DNA of 64,000 bases from a virus, in IMG/VR virus record IMGVR_UViG_3300020370_000002, positions 1 through 64,000 of that record; one strand, 5' to 3'. Shown in pieces: positions 48,232 to 57,474 of the stretch. The number at the start of each line of letters is the position of its first letter. Position 1 is the stretch's first letter. The position numbers were made by a program, and so were the translations under genes. Under the pieces are notes generated by a model that searched no databases, was not told the origin of the DNA, and worked only from the letters and a program-made list of their open reading frames with translations.

Positions 48232-48726
48232 TTATATTTTCCTGCGAGTATCCTTGAGTTTTTCTTCAGAATACTCATATAGCAGCCAAGGTATATCGTT
48301 TAGATGTAAAATACCTGCCCAAGTTCTTCCGTCCTCTGGAGGTCTCGGAATCGTAAACGGAAAGTTTATTCCTTTGACCCATAAAATTGAGGCGACCTCT
48401 TTTCTCTCAACCTTTCTGATTTTGTAATACTTAAGTTTACACATCAAGGTCTTGTCATAGATAAAAGGATCGCCTTTTGAGTCAATAAAATTTTTTCCCG
48501 CTTGTTTTATTATGCCGATATGGCTGATAAGAGCGTTTCGCAGAGGAAACAGATTCTTAAAAGGAGTCTGTAGTCTGCGAATACCCAAAGTTTGCCCAGG
48601 CATATTCTTATCGTCTAGTAACTGATCGTCTAAGAATAGCAGTCCGTCAGAATAACTCCAGTTGCTTCCAGTAATCTTGAAAACTGGGAAAGTTACGCTT
48701 TGAACGTCCCTGTATGTAACTATCAA
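48232..48726 (-). CDS. Conserved T5-like hypothetical protein (polymerase-downstream)
   Basis: LDDKNMPG.TLG.RRL, FIDSKG, terminal TRRKI. Confidence 0.65.
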   Translation of the reverse strand: MIVTYRDVQSVTFPVFKITGSNWSYSDGLLFLDDQLLDDKNMPGQTLGIRRLQTPFKNLFPLRNALISHIGIIKQAGKNFIDSKGDPFIYDKTLMCKLKYYKIRKVERKEVASILWVKGINFPFTIPRPPEDGRTWAGILHLNDIPWLLYEYSEEKLKDTRRKI

Positions 48727-48874
48727 CTACTTCTCCATATGGGGCATAGTATTTTATTTTTATATCTGTTGCTCCCTCTCTTTCTAGCATCTGGCAGTAT
48801 TCGTACCTGCCGAGGGGAGATTTAACTTTGGCTTTGTACTTCTTGCCGTCGTAGTTCCATGCTGCTTTGTACAA
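48647..48874 (-). CDS. Hypothetical protein
   Basis: TTG start after SD AAAAGGAG; overlaps the next gene. Confidence 0.45.
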   Translation of the reverse strand: MYKAAWNYDGKKYKAKVKSPLGRYEYCQMLEREGATDIKIKYYAPYGEVVDSYIQGRSKRNFPSFQDYWKQLELF

Positions 48875-48886
48875 CTTTTTCTCCTT

Positions 48887-49195
48887 TTAAATGGTGAAGC
48901 TAACGCCACACCCGCACGCATCCTGTACATTAGGATTGTTTATTGTAAGCGAAGAACCTATGAGTTCTTCATGATAGTCTACTGTGCTTCCATGTACTGC
49001 CGTTAGGGCAGCTTCACCAACAACCACTAGATCATCTACTAATGTAAAGGTTAGTGGGAGTTCATCACAGTAGTCCCAAGTATATTCAAAACCCGCACAG
49101 CCACTAGGCTTCAGGTCTAAGAGTATATACTTCTTATTCTTCTCAATACGTTTACTGTTAAGATACTTCTTGGCACTCGCAGTTATGGTTAACAT
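48887..49195 (-). CDS. iscA: A-type Fe-S carrier (IscA/HesB family)
   Basis: LTITASA, SGCAGFEY, NPN...CGCG.SF. Confidence 0.92.
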   Translation of the reverse strand: MLTITASAKKYLNSKRIEKNKKYILLDLKPSGCAGFEYTWDYCDELPLTFTLVDDLVVVGEAALTAVHGSTVDYHEELIGSSLTINNPNVQDACGCGVSFTI

Positions 49196-49568
49196 TTTTA
49201 CCCTTGTAATCCTCTATTGCAGCTTTTATTGCGTCTTCAGCTAAGACACTACAGTGGATCTTGACTGGGGGCAAGGAAAGTTCGTCCGCAATTTCGGTGT
49301 TCTTGATTTGAAGAGCTGTATCAAGGCTTCGTCCCTTAACCCACTCGGTAAGGAGAGAGCTTGAAGCAATGGCGGATCCACATCCGTAAGTTTTAAACTT
49401 AGCATCTTCAATGATGTTTTCATTATTGACTCGTATTTGTAGTCGCATAACATCCCCGCAAGCAGGTGCACCAACCATCCCCGTACCCACGGAGTCGTCT
49501 CCTTCGTCAAGTCGCCCAACGTTTCTTGGTCGTTCATAGTGTTCTAATACCTTATCAGAGTATGCCAT
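49158..49568 (-). CDS. iscU: Fe-S cluster scaffold IscU
   Basis: MAYSDKV..HY..PRNVG, GAPACGDVM, TYGCGSAIASSS, LPPVKIHC; start adjusted to ATG 49568. Confidence 0.96.
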   Translation of the reverse strand: MAYSDKVLEHYERPRNVGRLDEGDDSVGTGMVGAPACGDVMRLQIRVNNENIIEDAKFKTYGCGSAIASSSLLTEWVKGRSLDTALQIKNTEIADELSLPPVKIHCSVLAEDAIKAAIEDYKGKNVNHNCECQEVS

Positions 49569-51834
49569 ATTGCTTCTCAAATTTGCCCATTGAATAGTCG
49601 TCTCCGATTTCGAAGTCGCACCCAACTGGAGCGCCAGGAATAATAATTCCTCTGTCTTTCTGTATACAATACTTAAGTTTTTCTGAGTACACTTCTATCT
49701 CGTCGTCTGGAACTTCTGCAAGAATAGAATCGTGTACAAGTGCAAAGATACGGGCTTTCATCTTGCTTGCCTGTATATCATCATGCATATCTATAGCCCC
49801 AAGCAGGTTAATATCAGAAGCAGTAGACTGGACCAAAAAGTTAAGACCAGAACGAATGCTGTGACTTTTGATACCTGCGTCCGAAGATTTGACATTTGGT
49901 AATCTCCTTTTTCTACCAAAGAAACTGTATACAAACCCATTTTGTTCAATGAATCTGTGGTTGTCGTTTATCCACTTCTTAAGCGCATGAAACGATTCAA
50001 AGTAGTCATCAATAACTTCTTTTGCTTCTTGCTGACTAAAGTATTTGCCAGAGTCTTTGGTAACTTGCTCACTAATCTTCTTTGGGCCTGCACCATACAT
50101 GATGCCGAATGTAACTGCTTTTGCAGCCTGTCTTTGTGTTGTGTATAGTTCTGCTACTTCTTCTACTTCACACGGTAGACGAAATACTGTCTTCGCAATA
50201 CTACTGTGAAAGTTTCCGCCTGAACGAAATACTTCCATAAGTGCTTTGTCTTTGGCAAGAACTGCGGCAACATAAACCTCTGCCGTAGTCAAGTCCATTG
50301 CAACAATCTTATGTCCTTCCGCCGCTTTGATACATCCTTTTACAGCAGGGTTATCCCGAGGAAGCTGTTGCATATTAAGCTTACCACTAGAACTGAGCCT
50401 ACCGCTAGTAGTACCATGAAGGTTGAACGATGTGCGCAATCTGCTATCTCTATCCAGTTGCGGTATGATTTTGTCCAGATAAGTATTTTTAATTTTGGAT
50501 CGTTGACGTATGTCAAGGATAAGTCGTGGAATTTCCGACTGGGATCCAAGTTCTTGCAATACCTCTGCATCCGTAGAGTGAGCTCCTGTTCCTGTCTTTT
50601 TGCCAGTTGGTTGCAGATCAAGATAGTCAAAAAGAAGGGAACGTAGCTGGACAGTAGAATTAGGATTAAAATCTTTTCCATTGTACTTTTCCCACTTGTT
50701 TATTATAGGGTTCTTGTATAGCCCAGTAACGGCAGTATCAATATCGTCCTGCATAAGCTCCTGAGCTGCGTATAATCTTTTCTTGTCGAAAGGAACACCG
50801 TTGTCCTGTGCATCAATCAGAAAGCGTGTGCCAGGAATGAGTATGTTATCGTATACCCACTTGAGTTTGGGGTTCTCTTTAATCTTCTTAAACTTGTCGT
50901 AAAGAAGATAAGTACATAGAGCATCCATTGCTGCATATGTTTTCATTATATCAAAGGGAATAGACCCCCACTGGAAGTCTCCTTTCAGGATGCCGTTTTC
51001 TTTTCTGTAGTTATCCATCCACTCATACATTGGCTTCTCATAGTCGCCATATGGAGTAAATCGAATAGATAACTGCTTCAGGCCATGCCCTCCGGGATTC
51101 TCGTCTATGAGATAGTGGAGCAGCATGGTGTCTTCTATTCTTGGGAACTCAAAGTTGAAGTGGTACTCAAAGAATGCAACGTCAAACTTTGCGTTATGAA
51201 ATACTACTCGCTTTTTGCTGAAGAGCGTTTGAAGAAGCTCTTCAGTCTCTTCATCAAAGCAGTCTGTTGAGATATATGCTCCGCGTTTGCCGTCGTAAGA
51301 AAGTGATATCCCCAGAATGTGCCCGTCCCTAGGATAGAGCCCAGTCGTCTCGGAATCCAGAGCAATAAATGTACCAGAATCTGCGATTGCTTCTCGTAAA
51401 AACGTGTTACACTCTTTTGTATCTTGTATGCCAAATGCGATTGACTCATCTATTATCACCTCTTCTATCTCACCATTTATATACTTAATGATGCTTTCTT
51501 TTGAATCTTCCCATGTCTTACGTGCTTCTGGCTTGAAGGTAAGCATGGCTGGGTTTATTACTGGCAAGAATTTATCTTCTACTTTCTTACCAGAATATTC
51601 TGTTACTGAATTTATCTTTGTGAAGTATTTCAACGCATCACTCCCAACTAGAACAATCCAGTCATATAAGTCTGCGTTAAAGGTTATATCACAATCTCTC
51701 TTCAATACTTTCTTTATAGTAGGATCAGAACAAAGCTGATACTGGTCGAACTCGAAAGCTCCACCAAACGCTTTGTTAAAGTCTGTTCTACTAGGTTTAG
51801 TTTCTACTAGAGCAACTTTAGCTGGTAACTTCAT
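49555..51834 (-). CDS. polA: Family A DNA polymerase with 3'-5' exonuclease (T5-like)
   Basis: DSETTGL, HNAKFD, YAAMDA; SGRLSS, MDLTTAE (A), RQAAKAVTFGIMYG (B), LVHDS (C). Confidence 0.97.
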   Translation of the reverse strand: MKLPAKVALVETKPSRTDFNKAFGGAFEFDQYQLCSDPTIKKVLKRDCDITFNADLYDWIVLVGSDALKYFTKINSVTEYSGKKVEDKFLPVINPAMLTFKPEARKTWEDSKESIIKYINGEIEEVIIDESIAFGIQDTKECNTFLREAIADSGTFIALDSETTGLYPRDGHILGISLSYDGKRGAYISTDCFDEETEELLQTLFSKKRVVFHNAKFDVAFFEYHFNFEFPRIEDTMLLHYLIDENPGGHGLKQLSIRFTPYGDYEKPMYEWMDNYRKENGILKGDFQWGSIPFDIMKTYAAMDALCTYLLYDKFKKIKENPKLKWVYDNILIPGTRFLIDAQDNGVPFDKKRLYAAQELMQDDIDTAVTGLYKNPIINKWEKYNGKDFNPNSTVQLRSLLFDYLDLQPTGKKTGTGAHSTDAEVLQELGSQSEIPRLILDIRQRSKIKNTYLDKIIPQLDRDSRLRTSFNLHGTTSGRLSSSGKLNMQQLPRDNPAVKGCIKAAEGHKIVAMDLTTAEVYVAAVLAKDKALMEVFRSGGNFHSSIAKTVFRLPCEVEEVAELYTTQRQAAKAVTFGIMYGAGPKKISEQVTKDSGKYFSQQEAKEVIDDYFESFHALKKWINDNHRFIEQNGFVYSFFGRKRRLPNVKSSDAGIKSHSIRSGLNFLVQSTASDINLLGAIDMHDDIQASKMKARIFALVHDSILAEVPDDEIEVYSEKLKYCIQKDRGIIIPGAPVGCDFEIGDDYSMGKFEKQYGIL

Positions 51835-52654
51835 ATAATTTTTCCTTTAACTTATCTACTTGAAGTTGACTGAGAGCACCAGGGTCTGTGTTTTTGATAT
51901 GCACATTCCTAGCTACGAGACCAACTTTCTCACACTCAGTCTTTAGTTTTTCTGCGGCACTTTGTCCCGCATCGTCTCCATCAAAAAAGATGTCCACGTA
52001 CTCTGCTCCTTGTACTCGGAGCATTGATAATTTTGCTTCATTGTAATTATTAGTTCCAAAGCAGCACACAGCATTTGTCAATCCCTTATCATGAAGGTTT
52101 ATCATGTCAAAAATGCCCTCAACTAGGATAGCGGAACCCTGTATAAAATCCACTATCGGGAAGAACGGAAGTTTTGCGCCTGGAGGAGTAAATTTATATT
52201 TTGGCCTCCCGTCTGCTGTGTGCCGCCCTTGGAACGCAACTATACGCCCTGCAATGTCTCGTATAGGAAATACTATTCTTCCTACATAGTCAGAGTCAGA
52301 GTGCTGAAACGCCTCAAACTTTCTATAGGTTTCTGGACGAATATCTCTCCAGTTTCCTACATATGGTAAACTATTTTGGGGAAAGGACAAGCCAACACTT
52401 TCAGACCTCTTTTGTATAAGTTTCTTCTTGAAAAGTTCGCGCTGCTGTTGTAATTGATTTGCCCTTTCTCCAAAATGATTAAATAAACTTCCCTTGTAAC
52501 CACAAGAAAAGCAGTTGAATATCCCAGTAATCTGGTCAATTCTCATGCTTGGGTTTCTATCTTCATGCTCAGGATTTAGACAACGAACAAGAAAGTCGCT
52601 ACCTTTCGGCATGAAGTATATATTTTTACTTGTTAGTAATGTTTCTACATTCAC
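51818..52654 (-). CDS. DNA primase (Zn finger + TOPRIM)
   Basis: CLNPEHEDRNPS...CFSC, LVEGIFD, FFDGDDAG. Confidence 0.92.
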   Translation of the reverse strand: MNVETLLTSKNIYFMPKGSDFLVRCLNPEHEDRNPSMRIDQITGIFNCFSCGYKGSLFNHFGERANQLQQQRELFKKKLIQKRSESVGLSFPQNSLPYVGNWRDIRPETYRKFEAFQHSDSDYVGRIVFPIRDIAGRIVAFQGRHTADGRPKYKFTPPGAKLPFFPIVDFIQGSAILVEGIFDMINLHDKGLTNAVCCFGTNNYNEAKLSMLRVQGAEYVDIFFDGDDAGQSAAEKLKTECEKVGLVARNVHIKNTDPGALSQLQVDKLKEKLYEVTS

Positions 52655-52950
52655 TAAGGTCTGTTATCCCATCTGTAAAATTTCTTTTCTGGGTAGCTCC
52701 AAAACCACCCTTTGTACTTTTGCTCCTCTTGAGGAGTAGTGCTTTCTACATATCGTTCCGCTTCTGCAGCAAACTCAGGACTCTGAGTAAGAGGAGGTTT
52801 AGGTTTCGGGTACTTACTTTCATCCTCCCCGTTACGGCCTCTCTCACGGTTTCCATCTGCATTAAGTTCTGTTAAGTCTTGTTGTGTAAATTTAAAATCA
52901 GGTGCTAATCCCAAAACGCTGTCTCCTGTGGTACCATCCTTGGTGTACAA
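52654..52950 (-). CDS. Hypothetical protein
   Basis: ORF abutting the primase; start uncertain. Confidence 0.45.
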   Translation of the reverse strand: MYTKDGTTGDSVLGLAPDFKFTQQDLTELNADGNRERGRNGEDESKYPKPKPPLTQSPEFAAEAERYVESTTPQEEQKYKGWFWSYPEKKFYRWDNRP

Positions 52951-53114
52951 TATGCTGTTATTTTAGCTTGAAACCCTCGATACGATTTTCCGTACCTACC
53001 TCGTTCTATTCTCTCCGAAAAATAATTACATCTATTGATATTACGAAAGTACATATTTGCAGTAGGCTCAGGTTCTCCATCTACAATTACTACTAATAAA
53101 AAAGCCATTAACAA
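52905..53114 (-). CDS. Small hypothetical, probably exported
   Basis: Hydrophobic N-terminus, two Cys. Confidence 0.5.
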   Translation of the reverse strand: MLMAFLLVVIVDGEPEPTANMYFRNINRCNYFSERIERGRYGKSYRGFQAKITAYCTPRMVPQETAFWD

Positions 53115-53116
53115 GT

Positions 53117-53190
53117 TGGCATACCCCCAGGGACTCGAACCCCGACTAACAGTTTTGGAGACTGTCGTGCTACCATTACACTAGGGATAT
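53117..53190 (-). tRNA. trnW: tRNA-Trp (CCA)
   Basis: ATATCCC/GGGGTAT acceptor stem, ACAGT-CT-CCA-AA-ACTGT anticodon arm, GTTCGAG T-loop, encoded 3' CCA. Confidence 0.95.
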
Positions 53191-53195
53191 TCATA

Positions 53196-53483
53196 TTACT
53201 TTCCAATATCCTCAATGCTATCTTTACTAATTACTTGGTATGCGCCTTTGTTGTAAGCAGGTGCAATCGTGTACCCCTCAGAAGCCTGCACCTTCCAATC
53301 GTCACGAGGACGAGGTTTGTAAGGTGTAAGCGGAGCGGAAGGGTAGTCGGGTGTCTCACGACGAACAGGCTCATTATTTGCATGAAGCTGCATATATTGT
53401 ACCCTACGCTTGTTTGTATATAATGATTTGTTTGGTCTCTTTCTACCACTAGGTGAATATCTCATACTGCCTCTTACAATCAT
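53196..53483 (-). CDS. Conserved phage hypothetical protein
   Basis: YTIAPAYNKGAYQVI motif; SD GGAGG; own promoter. Confidence 0.7.
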   Translation of the reverse strand: MIVRGSMRYSPSGRKRPNKSLYTNKRRVQYMQLHANNEPVRRETPDYPSAPLTPYKPRPRDDWKVQASEGYTIAPAYNKGAYQVISKDSIEDIGK

Positions 53484-53507
53484 AAAGCCTCCACATTTTG
53501 AATATAT

Positions 53508-53536
53508 ATTATACTAAAAATAGATGCAAATGTCAA
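53508..53536 (-). promoter_or_regulatory. Consensus sigma70 promoter
   Basis: AAAATAGTTC-TTGACA-N17-TATAAT. Confidence 0.85.
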
Positions 53537-53544
53537 GAACTATT

Positions 53545-54897
53545 TTAGATGTCGTCTATATCTTCACCAGTTTTTTGGTCATTATCCTCTCTTTCTGTCG
53601 GAGTCAGAGCGGTATCTGGACCAATCTTGAGTGTCTCCCAATCCATGTAAGAAGAAAAATCACGCATAGCGGCAGCTCGCATTTTTACACACTTGAAGGT
53701 AATACAATTATCTTCCTGTGACCAAGTTTCAAGACTATACGCAGCATCTGCTGCATCTAGTATTCCCTTGGCAAAACGAGCCTCACCGCTAGCGTCAGTT
53801 TGGTATGGTGAGAACACGGGGGTTTCGAATTCTTGTGCCATACTCTTGAGTGCTTTACTAACTTCGATCTGCTCTGTCCAGTCATACTGTCCTCCACGAG
53901 AAGGCATACTGGATCTTTTTACTTGATTGATGTAGTCAACGATAATCACGCCAACGTCCATCTTACTTTTTATTTTCTTATCAAGTTCAGATCGTATCTT
54001 AGAAATAGTCAAGCTAGGGTCATAAATTACATCTAACTGTTGAGTCGGGAGAAGCTCACAGCTAGTCTTTAACTTATCATGAAACTTCTCAAAGTCTCGA
54101 TGTTCTCGATACTCTGCTAGTCTCTCTTGACTATCACTGTATCTTGCAGCCCACCAACCAGCTACTTGCTCCCACTCAGGAATACTAAGATTCTTAGTTC
54201 GTAGGCGAGAGAAGGGTATGCCTGTTGCAATCGAACAACACCGTTGCAGTATTGCACGACTATCCATTTCAATGGTGAAATATAAGGCAGACTTGCCAGA
54301 AGCATAGACTGAGTTAGCTATGTTAGCACAAGTGATAGATTTCCCTGCCCCGCGACGGCCTCCGACAAGAATCAAGTCTCGGGGGGAGAACGTGATATCT
54401 TGGTCATACTCCGTATTTAGACCGAGGGGCAGGTACTTTCCAAGTTCTTCATCTGGTTCAAACAAGGGAATACGTTGCATACTCTCTTGGGGTTCTTGAA
54501 GCTCTACTTTTTCTTCGATATCAAGAACTATTTGATGTAGATGATTTACAGACTCTTCCGCATCCTCAAAGGATATGGAGTTGTCAACATAATCCTCAAG
54601 AGATTTGAGTATCTCTTTTTGAGTAAACTCATTCTTGAGGTACTGCAGAAGCATGAAAGGCTCAGCTTCTACATCAATGGCATCTATTGCAAAGAGCAAT
54701 TCTTTGGTAGATGTATCACGGATCTCGAACTTAAGATCCTCAAGGGTGGGGAGTCGATGAAACTTCTCACAGTGTTTATCTATCTCTGTAAAGAGACGAT
54801 GGTATGCTGTAGGCAAATATGCTTTGCGCGTAGAAGACCAAGACTCAAAATCTTGCAGGTCTAAAACTTGCTTCAAGTAAGCACTTGCTATGTTCAA
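53545..54897 (-). CDS. DnaB-like replicative helicase (T5-like)
   Basis: GGRRGAGKS, FTIEM, IVDYINQ, ARFAKGILDAAD; TTG start. Confidence 0.9.
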   Translation of the reverse strand: MNIASAYLKQVLDLQDFESWSSTRKAYLPTAYHRLFTEIDKHCEKFHRLPTLEDLKFEIRDTSTKELLFAIDAIDVEAEPFMLLQYLKNEFTQKEILKSLEDYVDNSISFEDAEESVNHLHQIVLDIEEKVELQEPQESMQRIPLFEPDEELGKYLPLGLNTEYDQDITFSPRDLILVGGRRGAGKSITCANIANSVYASGKSALYFTIEMDSRAILQRCCSIATGIPFSRLRTKNLSIPEWEQVAGWWAARYSDSQERLAEYREHRDFEKFHDKLKTSCELLPTQQLDVIYDPSLTISKIRSELDKKIKSKMDVGVIIVDYINQVKRSSMPSRGGQYDWTEQIEVSKALKSMAQEFETPVFSPYQTDASGEARFAKGILDAADAAYSLETWSQEDNCITFKCVKMRAAAMRDFSSYMDWETLKIGPDTALTPTEREDNDQKTGEDIDDI

Positions 54898-54908
54898 CGA
54901 TTCCCCCG

Positions 54909-54947
54909 AAAAGAGTACAGCCGCAACGACCCCTCATCACGGCTGTA
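54909..54947 (-). terminator. Long hairpin terminator/attenuator between D5 and the helicase
   Basis: TACAGCCGTGATGA-GGGG-TCGTTGCGGCTGTA followed by CTCTTTT. Confidence 0.65.
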
Positions 54948-54963
54948 GAATTAACACTAAAAT

Positions 54964-55695
54964 TTAGCTAGCGGCAGCTTTTTCTTTTTTAGCCGCACCA
55001 TCATAATCAGACGCTGTTAATCCTCTTCGGGTCAACATAGTCTTTACACCACGTGCAGTTTTACCAATCGACTCTGCGATTGCTTCAACTGTCATGTCAG
55101 ATACATCACCTAACTCTGCTAAAGGATCGCTTTTTGCAGAACCTTTGGTGTGTTCCTGACGGGGAATAGCGTCAATATCGCCAGAACGAAGTAGGCTGAG
55201 AGCCTTTCCTCGTACACTGTTTACACTACGATCAAGAGCTTCTGCAATCGCTTCTACGAAAGCACCATCATTTACCATAGAAATAAAGGTAGCCTCTTCA
55301 TCTGGTGAGTAGGTTCTAACAGTCTCCACTTTGGGAGCTGGCTTAACATGGGCAGTAAGTTCCATTGAAAGAATCTTACCTTGAATAGACTTAGCACTAA
55401 ATGCTCCGCCTTCAAAGTTCTCTGCAATCTGAGCATAGGTATACTCACCGCTATTGTCAGAAACAAAAGCTGCAAGAGTAGCTTCTTGACTTTCAGAAAA
55501 AGCACGAGTGCTCTTTGCAGAAGCAAGTTCTACTTCGTAACCCATTTTCCTCAGTTTGCTAGAAACTGACCGTGTAGTAGTCTCAAGCTGATCTGCTGCT
55601 TCTGCAACAGTATCTTGAGATACTGGGGATTCATCACCGACAAAATTAGTGAGCTCGTCGGTACGCTCGTCTGTCCACTTAGGCAATGTTGCCAT
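54964..55695 (-). CDS. D5: DNA-binding transcription factor (T5 D5-like)
   Basis: Tandem HTH repeats; RSVSSKLRKMG, KSIQGKILS, RGVKTMLTRRGL...DYDG. Confidence 0.85.
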   Translation of the reverse strand: MATLPKWTDERTDELTNFVGDESPVSQDTVAEAADQLETTTRSVSSKLRKMGYEVELASAKSTRAFSESQEATLAAFVSDNSGEYTYAQIAENFEGGAFSAKSIQGKILSMELTAHVKPAPKVETVRTYSPDEEATFISMVNDGAFVEAIAEALDRSVNSVRGKALSLLRSGDIDAIPRQEHTKGSAKSDPLAELGDVSDMTVEAIAESIGKTARGVKTMLTRRGLTASDYDGAAKKEKAAAS

Positions 55696-55698
55696 AGT

Positions 55699-56454
55699 TT
55701 AGTCTCCTATCAATTCTTTTAGACTTGTAATTATTGTTATGCCCCGTTCTTGGGCTTGTTTTGTTTTAGCAGACTCTATTCCTGACTCATTAATTAAGAA
55801 TATTACATCCTTAGCCATGGTTGTTTTCACCATATATCCTGCATAGGATAAGGCTTTTGTAGCTTCTGCTTTTGTTTTGAAACTTGAAAGTTTACCACTA
55901 ATACATACTGCACCTTTCGTTTCTTTTGCAATTCTAGGTCTTTCAAACTCCCAATCAAATGGGAGGAGCTGTTTTAGCCCATCTTGAAACTCACCATAGT
56001 ACCAGCTAAGTAAACTTTCTGTTGCTTTCGGCCCAAGACCTGCGGCTTTACATTTGTCCTCATCAAGGTCAAAGAGACTTTTGATTTTGCTGGACAATTT
56101 TGTTGCAGCAGTCTTTCCGATCAACGGAATACTAAATGCAGGTAATACATCATTCATACTAGCTTTTCTTGAATGATTTATTTCTCTTAAAAGTTTTATA
56201 GCTAGCTTTTCAGAGGAAAGACCATCTCTCATATCTACATATGACAAAGAATATATCTTTGGAAAAGAGGTAATACCTAGTCTCTCGATGCTCTTTGGGC
56301 CAAGCCCTTTAATCTTTAGTGCTCTTGCAAAATGCTCAATTCGTTTCTGAAGTTGAGCAGGACACAAGCTGTGTGTGCAATAAAGCAAATCGTTTTTCCA
56401 CTCAAGTGGTGATCCACAAGAGGGGCAAACTTCAGGAGCTACTATCGCTTGCAT
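55699..56454 (-). CDS. ligB: NAD-dependent DNA ligase subunit B (Zn finger, HhH, BRCT)
   Basis: CPSC...C....C, IKGLGPK, IPLIG, VCISG...KTKQAQERGITI. Confidence 0.9.
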   Translation of the reverse strand: MQAIVAPEVCPSCGSPLEWKNDLLYCTHSLCPAQLQKRIEHFARALKIKGLGPKSIERLGITSFPKIYSLSYVDMRDGLSSEKLAIKLLREINHSRKASMNDVLPAFSIPLIGKTAATKLSSKIKSLFDLDEDKCKAAGLGPKATESLLSWYYGEFQDGLKQLLPFDWEFERPRIAKETKGAVCISGKLSSFKTKAEATKALSYAGYMVKTTMAKDVIFLINESGIESAKTKQAQERGITIITSLKELIGD

Positions 56455-56480
56455 AAAGATTCCTCTGAAAATGAAAGTAT

Positions 56481-56509
56481 ATTATACGAAAATTTAGGTT
56501 TCATGTCAA
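56481..56509 (-). promoter_or_regulatory. Consensus sigma70 promoter between the ligase halves
   Basis: AAAAATAATTC-TTGACA-N17-TATAAT. Confidence 0.85.
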
Positions 56510-56512
56510 GAA

Positions 56513-57466
56513 TTATTTTTCCTCAACTCGTCGGACAATACGCGGGATGATTTCACCACTTCGTATGACCTCGACGTGACAACCAATTTCAAGACCTAAC
56601 TCCTCAATATGAGCCATATTATGTAAGGTTGCTCTTGATACAAGAGCATCCCCAATCATAACAGGGCCAAGTATTGCTACTGGTGTAACAACACCTGACT
56701 TACCTGTCTGCCACTCAACATCGCTTAGATAGGTTATTACCCCCTCTTTTTGCTCTTTGAAGGCAAGAGAGCCTCTTGGATGGTGGGAAGTAAATCCCTG
56801 ATCCATCCAATAAGTTGTATCGTCTAGTCGGAATACTCTTCCGTCTTGAGGATACAGGGATGCATCAATAGAGTAAACTGTGCCAATTCCAAAAGACTCA
56901 ACCATCTGTAGAACATCTACCCAAGAGTCTATAAAGTAAGGTCGCATATCATACGCTACAAACCTAAGCTCGTTTCTACGACTCATGAAATCTCTTTCTA
57001 GTTTTAGATTGAGAGACCCCGCAGCGTAATTACGAGCATTAGGAATACTAATAGGGGCGACAACTTCTCCATCAATCTGTACTTCTTTTTTGAAGTTGAT
57101 CTTGGCTGGTACAAGATATTTTATCTTGTTAGTAATATCAATACCTATCTTACCATTGCCTCGTGTTAAGGCACGGTAAAACTCGCCATCTCGATACATG
57201 ACAGATACTGCCGCCCCGTCTAGTTTAGGAGTGCAAGTTACTAACTGTCCTTCATGCTTTACTCTAAGCCAGTTTTCTAGCTCATCATTATCAAATGTTT
57301 TCTGTAGTGAGTACATTTGATACTTATGATGTACTCCAGACTCGGGGGTATATCCGATACCCTCAAGTCCGTCGTATAAAGCGTCCCACTCAGTGTCAGT
57401 CAAAGGACTGTTACCACCTTCGTAGTATTTCTTTGCTATTGAATTTTTGTTAGTATTATCACTCAT
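56513..57466 (-). CDS. ligA: NAD-dependent DNA ligase subunit A (adenylation + OB)
   Basis: KLDG, ALTRGNG, NARNYAAG, RATLHN, RSGEIIPRI. Confidence 0.93.
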   Translation of the reverse strand: MSDNTNKNSIAKKYYEGGNSPLTDTEWDALYDGLEGIGYTPESGVHHKYQMYSLQKTFDNDELENWLRVKHEGQLVTCTPKLDGAAVSVMYRDGEFYRALTRGNGKIGIDITNKIKYLVPAKINFKKEVQIDGEVVAPISIPNARNYAAGSLNLKLERDFMSRRNELRFVAYDMRPYFIDSWVDVLQMVESFGIGTVYSIDASLYPQDGRVFRLDDTTYWMDQGFTSHHPRGSLAFKEQKEGVITYLSDVEWQTGKSGVVTPVAILGPVMIGDALVSRATLHNMAHIEELGLEIGCHVEVIRSGEIIPRIVRRVEEK

Positions 57467-57474
57467 ATGTATAT

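Noticed and set aside
37907-51834. Introns or inteins in nrdA, nrdB, the D10 helicase or polymerase
   Set aside because: The ORFs are uninterrupted and compact, with no extra domains between catalytic motifs
53117-53190. Suppressor tRNA or alternative genetic code
   Set aside because: The anticodon is the standard CCA, and core genes are full length in code 11 with TAA, TAG and TGA all used as stops
56454-56513. Ligase pseudogene or frameshift
   Set aside because: The split matches the T5 ligA/ligB arrangement; ligB has its own promoter and SD
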